Assembly (NCBI GenBank): GCA_951406725.2
Contig: OX597826.1
Location: 60,574,001 to 60,638,000 of the forward strand
Direction of reading: 5' to 3'
DNA length: 64,000 bases
Source of the DNA: Octopus vulgaris
Taxonomy: Eukaryota
How positions within the stretch are numbered: the stretch's first letter is position 1; each line of letters starts with the position of its first letter. Both the position numbers and the translations under genes were made by a program. Positions 30,834-42,545 of this stretch are shown piece by piece. Below the pieces are notes generated by a model. That model had not been told where the DNA came from. It searched no databases and saw nothing but the letters and a program-made list of their open reading frames with translations.

Positions 30834-31240
30834 CCACGTTTCTCTCTCTCCCAAAGAACGTATCTCGTATCCATCTCCTCCGCACCATCTCCCCCCTCTC
30901 TCTCTCTCTCTCTCTGTTACAGTCCTCATTTCTCTCTCACTCTCTCAAACAAATTATCTTGTATCGTAATCCTTCGCCTCAGCTCTCTCTGTCTTTCTCT
31001 CTCTCTCTCTTTCTTTCCCCCTCTTTACCTCCTTCACTCTCTCTCCCTTCCACCGCTTCTTGTTCCAAAAAGTAGAAACATAATTTTTTAATGAATGTGG
31101 TAAACAGAAAATATTTCCTTTTAACCACAAATTACCGATGCTTACTTCAGATTATATGCCGCAGATAACTTCAACTTCTGCTGCTGTTGCTTCTGCTGGT
31201 ACGCCTCCTCCTACTCCTCCTCCTTCTACTACTACTATTG

Positions 31241-31316
<76 letters not shown>

Positions 31317-31570
31317 TACAACTACTGCTGTTGCAACTGCTTATATAGCTATCACACCTAACATTACAAATAACTTCCAGAATGGTTTGACGTTAGAAGC
31401 GATAAGATCAACCGTAGTACATAGCTGGTATCTACTTCACCTGCAGTGGGTGGTGAGAGAGGAAATTGACATGAACGAGATTTAAAACTTAAAATCAGTC
31501 ATGCATGGCATTTTATCGGATGATCCACCGATTATGACATTAACTACGATTATTCTCTTTCGATACTATT

Positions 31571-31918
31571 GAGGCACCTTGGGTAAGTGTCTTTTACTAT
31601 TGCCTCGGGCCGTCCAAAGCCATGTGAGTGGATTTGGTAGACGGAAATTGAAAGCCTGACGTGTATATGTATAGGTATATATATATATATATGTGTGTGT
31701 TTGTGTGTCTGTGTTTCTCCCCCACCCCCAACATTGCTTGACAACCGATGGTGGTGTGTTTACGTACCCGTATCTTAGCGGTTCGGCAAAATAGATCGAT
31801 AGAATAAGTACTAGGCTTACAAAGAATAAATCCTGGGGTCGATTTCCTCGACTAAAGGCGGTGCTCCAGCATGGCCACAGTCAAATGCCTGAAGCAAGTA
31901 CAAGAGTAAAATAGTAAA
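31571..31918 (+). mobile_element. Family B SINE, 5'-truncated
   Basis: Matches 45290-45653 and 60134-60408. Confidence 0.88.
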
Positions 31919-32082
31919 TATTTTGAGAAGTATAAAGTACAAAGTCAAAGTGCAAGATATGCAAGATATGTACTCACATGTGTACGCATGTAGCAGACAC
32001 ACACGCACACGCACACACATACCTATGTGTGTATGTATATGTATGTATATATGCACTTTTAGACTCTTACTACATACACACA

Positions 32083-32456
32083 TACCTGTAATTATTGGGG
32101 ACACTAGATACCAAACTTGAGGAATTAGGCTTCTCAAAAACTGAAAGGAGAAAGCTAATTTGAAGACTACAGATCCAAGCCGTCACTGGAACTGTAAAGA
32201 TCTGTAAAACTTTCTAGAAGTTCATCGTTTAAGTATATATGAGCATGATTAGATATACAGGTATATGCACGAGAAGACATACATAAAAGAAAGCATACAA
32301 ATCTGCATGTATACATACATGCATGCAAAATTACACCGTTGCTGGTGTTGAAATTCCAATGAGGAAACCTTGGATCTAGACTAGAAACTGACACTTTTCC
32401 TATTGACAAGAAATCTTGTAATAAAATTGAACAATGACATACATACATACATACAT
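32083..32456 (+). mobile_element. 3' end of a restriction-like-endonuclease (R4-like) LINE with a (CATA)n tail
   Basis: Piecewise IPVIIG...LEELGFSKTERRKLI*RLQIQAVTGTVKICKTF*KFIV*, then a 3' UTR with aataaa and (CATA)n. Confidence 0.6.
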
Positions 32457-32589
32457 ATTGGACAGAAAGTTCTGGCTAAATTTGACAGTTTGCATAAAAG
32501 GAAAAGAACACAAAATATCACATTTAAAATTTGAGATATTTTCTTTGACAAAATTAATGTCAACTAGATAGTGACCGGGAGATAGCGTT

Positions 32590-33000
32590 TTACTCAGAGT
32601 AGTCGCTCTCAGTTTCCACTACGACTTCCACTACGGCTCGGAATCTGACGCATGCGTTTTTCACTGTGTTCCAGGGAAGATCTTCCAACATTACCTTGAT
32701 TTTTGTCACTAGCTTTGCCTTGTTGCCGCAGGTAGGTTGGTGGTGTATTTCTCCACCGCACCCCACACACTTATTGACGAGACTACAATGAGGGGAACTA
32801 GGAATCCAGAAATCGGGGCTGATAAATTCGTAGAAGTTCTCCCACAACCACTTCCGTCTTTTCCCGAAGATATGGCAAGGAACTGAAACCTGTTGTCATA
32901 CATATGACCTTCAAACCCTGCTCCGTGCCAGGGTTTGATCACAGTCTCCAGCAGTGTTACATGCCGTCTGAACTGAGCCGTATGAGGTCAAAATCACTGA
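32590..33000 (-). pseudogene. Tc1/mariner-superfamily transposase catalytic/C-terminal remnant
   Basis: IKPW... and FWIPSSPHCSLVNKCVG (decayed WPPxSPDxNPLDYxVWG), ending VKNACVRFRAVVEVVVETESDYSE (typical ACxRFRxRLEAVVEAEGxYFE end). Confidence 0.8.
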
Positions 33001-34400
33001 AGACACACCCAAAGTCTTTCTGCTTGCCACGGTTTCTTAGTCTTGGTTGCAACTGTCCATATGGCGTCTCACAACATTTACAGTATTCAGAGAACATTGA
33101 GGAGGTCATGATGTCGCCATTTTGATAATCAGCGCCGACCATCATAGTACCGGTAGCTATTTACCAATATTCAAATGGCTTAAAGTTTTCAATATCAGCT
33201 AACTTTTTCTCAACTACAACTTTAATATTCATGGTCTCCAGCGTCGTTGACCATCCACCAGTATATCAAGCTGTTCCTGAAATTAAGGAGACATTTGCAA
33301 TCTCCAAATTTAACCTGAACACGTTGTATATACAGATCTGGTGCTAACATCAGCACATACATAGTGTCTATTCAAATACTACAATTATATCTCTCAAGTG
33401 TGACGCATACACAAAGGTACACACACACACACACACACACAAACACTATCTCTCTATTTGTGTGTGCATATGTGTGTGTGAGTGTGTGTTTGTGTGTATT
33501 CGTGCGTGTGCGTCTGTGTGGGCGTGCGTGTGTGCGCGCGTGTGTTCACGCGTGTATGTGTGTACGTGCGCGTGTGTACATAGGCACAAGGCGTTGCTGC
33601 GTAGTAAGAAGTTTGCTTCTGAACCACAGTTTTCCCGGTTCCATTCAAATGCGTGTTGCTTTGGGTCGTCTAAACCTCCTAAAAGGATTGGAATTGCGGA
33701 AACTGAAAAAAGCCGCTGTGTGTGTTTGTGTGTGTAATTGTATGTGTGTATGTGTTTGTGTGTGTAATTGTATGTGTGTGTGTTTGTGTGTGTAATTGTA
33801 TGTGTGTGTGTATGTGTGTGTGTCTACGTGTTTTGTTCTATGTTGTCTTCCACGGGTTTTGTTCTATGTTGTCTTCCACCACCCCTTGAAAGCTGATCTT
33901 GTTGGGATTACTCCTTCGTAAAATAGCGTTTCGGCAATAGAGACCGACAAGCGAGTACCTTAAAGCAAAACCTATTCAAGTCGATTCGTCTGCTGCCCCA
34001 GCATGATTGAAACGAGATAAAAGATATAATATATTACCCACACATAATACATCATTTCATATAATATCATCACTACAAATTATAAGATATGATTCACTAT
34101 TACATTATTACGCGAGACAACGAATTTTGACGAATGAAATCTCTAGTTCAGTTGCGTAGTAGTGCGTATTCAATTAAAATAATCACGATTCATTACTACC
34201 ACCTGAGAAACAGAAAATAGGTTTGACGAAATCTTCTTCAACCGATGCCGATATATTTTGGTTGATTTCAATTCGCTTTTCTCCTCCCCTTTGATGTAAG
34301 ATACTTCGTCTTAAATAATGGCTAACGACACTAAGATAACGACAATACAAATCGCTGCAGAAATAGCCTGTCTTTATCATGACGGAGTGAGAGCGTGAAG

Positions 34401-34819
34401 CAATAATACCAGTTCAAATGTGTTAAAAGCACATTCAGACTTGTACACAAGATATACACTAAATTTTTGTCATGGAGAAAATTTCTCGCTATAGACATAT
34501 GGTGTATATACTCCCAAATCAGCTCGCCGCGCCACCTATCCCGGACTGTGAGATGCAAGCGTTTCAGGGTAGCTATCTCCTCTTCAGTCAAGAAACCTGA
34601 CGGTGACGAACTAATAAAAGAGACAATCTCTCTTACATACATCAGTTTGTAGCGCAAATCGACGGTTCGTCGTTATTAAATTGCGGGTGATAGCGCTAGG
34701 CAATGGTTTATTTACACCATGAGTCTACAGCGAGAAAATTTTCCATGACAAAACACAGTGAATGGCTTGTTTACAAGTCCGGACGTGCTTTTAGCATATT
34801 CGAACAGGTAATAACATTG
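34401..34819. mobile_element. Fold-back/MITE-like element with ~110-bp diverged inverted repeats
   Basis: 34401-34512 is an imperfect reverse complement of ~34705-34819 (e.g. ttttgtcatggagaaaatttctcgctatagac versus gtctacagcgagaaaattttccatgacaaaa). Confidence 0.8.
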
Positions 34820-35148
34820 TCTTTCTTCATAATTGTTCTAGTTTTAAAATACATCTGAATTCAACTTCATATCATTCTTCTTTCGCTCCCACTACTACTC
34901 GGATTCGTTAGCATTAACATCGTTTTCTTAAATTGTCTTGTCTGCTTTTATTCACATTCGCTTCAATGATAGTGTTACTAAAACTTCATTCACTGATGTA
35001 TCATGTCATTCAGTTGGTGCTGCTTCATTTGAAGGCAGGTTTGACTGCTATGTCTAGCAGAAAAATGACCACTGAGAAGCTCCTGTGGCTGATACCATTG
35101 TATATCATTCTATGCAATAATAATAATAATAATAATAATAATAAAGTT

Positions 35149-35188
<40 letters not shown>

Positions 35189-35228
35189 GTAACATAGATA
35201 TGTATGAATGCATGTATGTGTATGTATG

Positions 35229-35275
<47 letters not shown>

Positions 35276-35639
35276 ATAGAGATATATATAAATAGATAGA
35301 TAGATAGATAGATATAGGTATATATACACACAATCATATATGCACAACACACACACACGCACACACATATATATATATGTATGTATGTATGTATGACTGT
35401 GTATTTATATAAAAAAGTATTATATATATATATATATGTATATATATCAGAGTATGCGTGTAAGTGTGAAGGAAAGAGAGAGAGAGAGAGAGAGAGAGAC
35501 TATTTCTATATGTGTTCATAAACTAGTAAAAGATGCAAGGATTTCTTTGAGTTGAACATCGGTTTGATTTTGTACGTCTGTGCAAATGAGAGTTGACGGC
35601 GTAAGGCAACTTAATTTGCAATCACTGAGACATCGGTTT

Positions 35640-35830
35640 AATATAAGATCGTTAAGGTGTCTTTCATTGATCATGTAACGAATCAAAAGGACGTTCCTTA
35701 GAATTCGTGAAAGGAATTTTACGTCGTGACAGATGTGGCAAATTCGCTCCCTCATTTTATCAATAATTAAACTCGGGTTGGTTGTGATTGATGTATAAAA
35801 ATCTTTATGCACGACAGGTATTGCATGTTG
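35640..35830 (-). pseudogene. Probable Tc1/mariner transposase C-terminal remnant
   Basis: [40 protein letters not shown] resembles the LxRxxxNxxxRxxxCxxxxGxHLxDxIF ending. Confidence 0.4.
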
Positions 35831-35840
35831 CATGATATTC

Positions 35841-35961
<121 letters not shown>

Positions 35962-36165
35962 CAAATATATGTATGAGTATGTGTATTTATGTATGTGTGT
36001 ATATGTATATATGCATGTCTATATATGTATATATATATATACATATAATATACGTATATGAATACATATATACGTATATATATATGCATATATACATGCA
36101 TACATACATATGTATATAAACTCAAGCCGATCACTTGGAGGAGAGCTATTTGATTCCATTTTGTA

Positions 36166-36199
<34 letters not shown>

Positions 36200-36313
36200 C
36201 ACACACATATATACATATTTATGTGCGTGCTTGTGTATTATGTATATATATATATGTATGTATATATATATGCATAGATATATACATATATATACACACA
36301 CATATATATTTGC

Positions 36314-36412
<99 letters not shown>

Positions 36413-36926
36413 CGTTGATAAATTGGTGCTAGACGTCGCATTGGTGGATATATATTCTTTACTTGTGAATTAAGTCTATCAATGGTTTCATGTTAAGAGA
36501 AGTAGGAAAATATCCTAGTATCTTAACAATTTTTCAAGCCGATCACATGCACAGGGGTGTTCGCCTCCACTTTGGAAAACAGACTCGTTTAGTTCACGGG
36601 GTTCTCTTAAATTTATGTGAAAAAACCAATGAATCGATGAAGCAAGTGGCCTCATTTGGATTATTTTCTCCCTTGGATCAGTCGTTTGGACAAATCTTTT
36701 TTGTGCGATTTACTTCTTTGCATCATTTTGGCATTGTTCTGGGCATGGTATTCTTATACGTGCGTGCTGAGGTAGTTCGTCATTTGAGCATATTTCTTCT
36801 TTGTGTGGAGTTTGTGTGCTATGTGTGTTCACGTTGAGGAACGGGACTATCCTGTTGGGCTTACAATCGCAGATAGGGGGCTCTCTCACCCTCACTTCAC
36901 CCTCACTCTCTCTCTCACCTCTCTTA

Positions 36927-36997
<71 letters not shown>

Positions 36998-37229
36998 TCA
37001 ATATAGGGTGGCAAAAAAAATTTTGTAGAATTCTTTTGCCACCAGCGGCCTAGTAGGAAAAAATTAAATAGTCATAGACCATTTTTAAGTTCAACATCAA
37101 CAATCAAGGAACGGCCATAATAGGCCATTCACCCACTAGAAATAACAGCCAAAGCTTCAACCGCAAATAACCGCAAATAAAAGTTAATTCCGTAAACCAG
37201 GAGAAAATTTAAAAAACATTTACCCTGTA

Positions 37230-37336
37230 ATTTCTTATACGATATACCGTTTCATCTGCTGATTAATGGTAAACTAACCTGATTAAATTAAATCAAGCCA
37301 ATCTTCCACAGGCCCTCAGATTCTTCAGTAAGAAAT
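37230..37336 (-). ncRNA. Type I hammerhead ribozyme, copy 1
   Basis: auuucuua CUGAAGA aucug [58 nt] cagau GAAAC gguauauc GUA uaagaaau. Perfect 8-bp stem I, 5-bp stem II, 4-bp stem III (A-U, C-G, G-C, G-U; loop UAUA), all core nucleotides present. Predicted cut after GUA (37238/37237). Confidence 0.88.
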
Positions 37337-37722
37337 AGCCCAAGTCGGAACAGATATTTTCACGAGGCATTTCCGACCTTGCCAAGTTTATATCTGACCT
37401 AAAATTTTCAAATCGTCGCACTCGCGCCAAATTTATCGGCAGCAAATAAATATAAGCCGTCGATTCCATTACGGAATTAACCAGAAAATTCATAATTAAT
37501 CAATATAGGGTGGCAAAAAAAAATTTTGTAGAATTCTTTTGCCACCAGCGGCCTAGTAGGAAAAAATTAAATAGTCATAGACCATTTTTAAGTTCAACAT
37601 CAACAATCAAGGAACGGCCATAATAGGCCATTCACCCACTAGAAATAACAGCCAAAGCTTCAACCGCAAATAAAAGTTAATTCCGTAAACCAGGAGAAAA
37701 TTTAAAAAACATTTACCCTGTA

Positions 37723-37829
37723 ATTTCTTATACGATATACCGTTTCATCTGCTGATTAATGGTAAACTAACCTGATTAAATTAAATCAAGCCAATCTTCC
37801 ACAGGCCCTCAGATTCTTCAGTAAGAAAT
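37723..37829 (-). ncRNA. Type I hammerhead ribozyme, copy 2
   Basis: Identical to copy 1, 493 bp away. Predicted cut 37731/37730. Confidence 0.88.
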
Positions 37830-38144
37830 AGCCCAAGTCGGAACAGATATTTTCACGAGGCATTTCCGACCTTGCCAAGTTTATATCTGACCTAAAATTT
37901 TCAAATCGTCGCACTCGCGCCAAATTTATCGGCAGCAAATAAATATAAGCCGTCGATTCCATTACGGAATTAACCAGAAAATTCATAATTAATCAATATA
38001 GGGTGGCAAAAAAAAAATTTGTAGAATTCTTTTGCCACCAGCGGCCTATTTATTTGCGGTTGAAGCTTTGGCTGTTATTTCTAGTGGGTGAATGGCCTAT
38101 TATGGCCGTTCCTTGATTGTTGATATATATATATATATATATAT

Positions 38145-38304
38145 ATACCGAAAATATTAGAAATAGCAGCCAAAATTGATCACTATTTCCTCTACTAATA
38201 AAAAGTCTCCACAAACAAACGGAATTTGTAAGCTGTATATGGCATTGCCATTAGTAGAGGAAATAGTGATCAAGTTTGGCTGCTATTTCTAATATTTTCG
38301 GTAT
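38145..38304. repeat. Near-perfect inverted repeat, 55-bp arms, 50-bp spacer
   Basis: 38145-38199 versus 38250-38304, one mismatch by eye. Confidence 0.92.
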
Positions 38305-38443
38305 GTGGTTTTGGGCAACTTGTTGCATTTAAGCCATAATTATAATTATTATAACCCTTACCAAATATGGTCTTTTTCATACCGATAAATCGTATCGGTG
38401 AAATTGATTAATTTTATTAAATGAATTATATTCCACCCTTTAT

Positions 38444-38482
<39 letters not shown>

Positions 38483-38483
38483 G

Positions 38484-38582
<99 letters not shown>

Positions 38583-38945
38583 ATGCATGTATTCATGTCT
38601 TTCGCGTAGGTATTAAAGGCTAATAACCCGATGCAGAACTACAAATACTTATGCTTCAGAACGAAACCTTATCGGAGTACAGAAGAGTTATAAGAAAACG
38701 AGATGACAAAGAGCTAATCAAGAATCCCCATTAGCTTATAAGCTGTTTCTGTGTGCGAAGCAATGGACTCAGAACTTCGATGCAGCTGTACGGTGTTACA
38801 GAGACATTCAGTTATAAGTCACTGCTTCTTACGTAAGGAACTGATGTAAACTTATGAAATCAATAGGAAAAACATTTTGGCCTTTGTCATCTCATTTTGT
38901 GTACTTGTTCTATGTGTGTGTTCGTGTGCTTGTGTGTGTGTGTAT

Positions 38946-38976
<31 letters not shown>

Positions 38977-38984
38977 ATCGTGTA

Positions 38985-39022
<38 letters not shown>

Positions 39023-39051
39023 TGTGTGTGTATGCGTGTGTGAGTGCCATC

Positions 39052-39450
39052 ATTGCCCAAACGAACTTAACATTAGTTTTAGAATTCATGCAAGGCCAGG
39101 ACCACCTGCTATACCTCCCTTACACAGTTTTGGGTCACAACACATGAATACACTGCAACACAATTTCTTTCCCTCAATAGACCCTGAACTATTGAACATC
39201 GTCCCCCCCAAAAAAAAAAAAAGATCGCATCTCTTTTAAACGGAATCTGGACAAATTTCTTCAAGGGATACCAGATAAGCCACGTATATCTGGTTACAAT
39301 TCACTCAACAAGAACTCCCTACTTGAATGGCCCATGATACCACAAAACTTGACTTTAAAAGGATTTAGAAAATCCTATTAGGTGGTGATATTAAGTTAGA
39401 CATGGACTGGATCAATCTTTGCTCGGAGTATATCTAAATTATTTAAGTTA
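39052..39450 (+). mobile_element. Older 3' fragment of the same CR1/L2-group LINE as at 16-17.5 kb
   Basis: Aligns with the reverse complement of 16060-16610 ([12 protein letters not shown]...NTLQHNFF, ggtggtgatattaagttagacatgg). Confidence 0.88.
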
Positions 39451-40028
39451 TGTATATAAATGTATGTACAATATGCATGTATGTATGCATTCCTAACTGC
39501 TTGTAATCTATTCAAGTTTTTGCCACATAATGCTTGTGATTACTATTTTGCCTCTTAGTTTCAAACATGTGCTTTGAAGCAGCTGTATTGATGACGAAAT
39601 GATATCATATTCTGATGCAGACACATTGAATGAGTACTTGGGAAATCATGTTTTGCATAGTAGGATATTACCATTGTAAAATTAACCAATACCTAATGAC
39701 TTTACAAAGTCATTGAGAGCGAAAGTTCTATGCTTCGACAGAGGTATGTTCAAGAGAGCTGACAAAGTCAAGGGAAAAAAATGCCTAATTTAGTCCATAT
39801 GCACCGTCGTAAAGATATAGATGTGATGGTTAGCGCTGAAATGTCTTTGGTCATAGAGTTACACTATAAATGCGAATATGGGTTTACCTAACAACTACAT
39901 GCCCTATGACAGACCTCAAGATGGCTCTGTGACTAAGCAGTAAGAACAATATAAACCACCGTGGAAATTTTCTACAAGATGTGCCTTGAGCTAAACAACG
40001 ACAATATTAAGCATAGTTTTTTTTTTAA

Positions 40029-40258
40029 GGCGGTGAGCTGGCAGACACGTTAGCGCGCCGGGCGAAATGCTCAACGGTATTTCGTCTGTCGTTACGTTCT
40101 GAGTTCTAAGTCCGCCGAGGTCGACTTTGCCTTTCATCCTTTCGGGATCGATAAATAAAGTACCCGTTTCTCACTGGGGTCGATGTGATCGACTTAATAC
40201 CTTTGTCTGTCTTTGTTTGTCCCCTCTATGTTCAACCCCTTGTGGGCAAAAAAAAAAA
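40029..40258 (+). mobile_element. Family A SINE, single-unit form
   Basis: Head + one body + A tail. TSD-like aatattaagcat(a/c)gtt on both sides. Confidence 0.9.
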
Positions 40259-40585
40259 ATATTAAGCATCGTTGGAGACTTCTACATTCAAGTAAGGCGC
40301 CTCTATGATCAAGGGACCGATACGATTTAAACTATTGTAGGAAAGCTACTCACTGGATTAAGAAGACTCTCAGGCTATGCAACAGTAACAGCATAAAGAA
40401 TTGTTGGAAGATTCTACACTCGATTATGGTTCTTCTGGGTGTCGTCAACAACAATGATATGAATCATTCTTTGAAGCTTGTATACTTGAGTAATGTGTCT
40501 CTGGGATTAAGCAGCAACAACAACATTGACCATTTTCGAGTCTCTACACTCGATTATGGCGTCACTGGGACTAAACAAAACGACA

Positions 40586-40912
40586 CAGACCGGGCGTTGT
40601 GAGTGTTTATTGAGCGAAAACACCTAAAAAGCTCCACGAGGCTCCGGCAGGGGATGGTGGTGATCCCTGCTGTACTCTTTCACCACAACTTTCTCTCACT
40701 CTTACTTCCTGTTTCTGTTGTACCTGTATTTCAAGGGGCCGGCCTTGTCACATTCTGTGTGTCACGCTGAATATCCCCGAGAACTACGTTAAGGGTGCAC
40801 GTGTCTGTGGAGTGCTCAGCCACTTACACGTTAATTTCACGAGCAGGCTGTTCCGTTGGTTCGGATCAACCGGAACCCTCATCGTCGTAACCGACGGAGT
40901 GCTTCCAAAAAA
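40586..40912 (+). mobile_element. Family C SINE, 5'-truncated (tail variant 3)
   Basis: Starts cagaccgggcgttg as at 4197. TSD aaaacgaca at 40577 and 40913. Confidence 0.88.
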
Positions 40913-42245
40913 AAAACGACAATGCAGCCGTGTCGAGCCTCTACACTCACTTAATGCGGCTTTTTAACTGTATAGTGTCAATATGAGGCATGTTAGATCC
41001 TGTATATTTGCGCATCGTAACAACATATCTTTTCCGAACAACTCTCTTCCGTAATAATAAAATCATAATTCGATAAACTAGCTTTAGATAAACAGGAAAA
41101 TATACCGTGTGGTCAATATTCTGAAACGTTTAGTTTAAATCTAAATGATGGATAATAGCAAATATACTAATGCATTTTTCTATCTTTTGTATCCAGATCA
41201 TTGTTTTCTATCGTTGTATCCAGATCACAGAGCGCATCAGAGTGCTATTAAGGAGTTCCAGTAATGGCGACCCCGTCTAAATTTTTAACACTGTTCATTT
41301 GGACTGTATTACCTAACGTATTATTCCTCGATTAATACTGTTTAAATTTGGGCATGGAGTCGAATTTAACGGAGAAGTGACGGTTATTTCAAGGATGTTG
41401 AGGGACTACTTTGAACGTTCAATATATTTACGAAAACTGAAGAATTTTATTTATCAGCGGAAAAAAAAAGTTAAATCTCAACCTAAAATTTTATCTCGAG
41501 TAAGCAAGAATCCTTTTGAAAAAGAAAAAAAAACCTGTTCAGTTCAAAAAGAATTCTATAAGAAAAGAAAGAATTTGTACCTTAGTCCTTGTAGGAAATG
41601 TTGAAAGTAGAGATTGAACAATGCATTTCAAACGGTTTCTAAGTGTTCTTATGATTCCACTTGCTCTTTTTCTCTTCTTACTTCTTGTCCTTATTTATTC
41701 TTCTGGTATTCTTTTCTTTCCCGTTTACCTTCCGCTCTCCAACTCCTTCCCTCCTTTTCTGCTTTCTGTTCCTTCATCTATCCTATCATCATCGTATTAC
41801 TTTGTAACAATATTTCCTCTTCAGCGAGATCTTGTGTGTTCCTGAGTCCCCCACTCCTTTCGCTCTCTCTTTTCTCCCTGTTGTGTATGTATGTTTGTAG
41901 GTGTATATATATATGAGTTTCTATGTGTGGTTCTGTGTGTATACGTGTATGTATACTCACACACGCATATATATGTATAGACAGATACACATGTATGATG
42001 TATATATATATATGCATGTATGCATTACATATGTGCGTGCATATACATATGTGTGTGTATATTCATATGTGTGTGTATTTGTGTGTGTGTGTGTGTGTGT
42101 GTTTGTGTTCGTATATATGCTCCAAAGCAGGTTTATTAATCGATATGGTGTCCAATGTGAGGGAATCGTTTGCTACATGCGACCTGCAAGATGAACAGTA
42201 TTTAATGTTAGTCTTCATAGTTGCATGTATGTGAGTGAGTATATG

Positions 42246-42287
<42 letters not shown>

Positions 42288-42545
42288 ACTCTACATTATA
42301 TATCGATTTCCGATTTTATCACAGGGCCAGCAATTTTGAGGGAGGGTGGAAATAGATGACACGGAATCCAATACTCAACTGGTATTTGTTATCGACCTCG
42401 AAATAATAAAAGGATAAGTCGACCTCGGCGTTATTTGAACTCAGAACATATAGATGGACGAAATACCTCTAAGCATTTTCCCACCATGCTAAAGATTCTA
42501 CCAGCTTGTTGGCTTCAACCCTACACTAGATATACATACATTTAA

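Larger units (their letters stand above)
36991..38124 (-). mobile_element. Hammerhead-containing 493-bp tandem array (2.1 units + 76-bp inverted segment); retrozyme/Penelope-type non-autonomous retroelement
   Basis: Units start at 36991, 37493 and 37986 and are nearly identical. 38049-38124 is the reverse complement of 37599-37674. (TA)n on both sides. Confidence 0.85.

Noticed and set aside
30700-30990. Three degenerate repeats in CT-rich DNA
   Set aside because: Low-complexity minisatellite; no evidence of function.
36490-36837. 115-aa non-repetitive ORF
   Set aside because: No recognisable motif, and I cannot support it as an exon without expression or homology data.
37293-37493. Identical 66-aa ORF in both 493-bp units
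   Set aside because: The identity simply reflects the recent repeat. It has no recognisable domain and overlaps the ribozyme core; coding function is unsupported.
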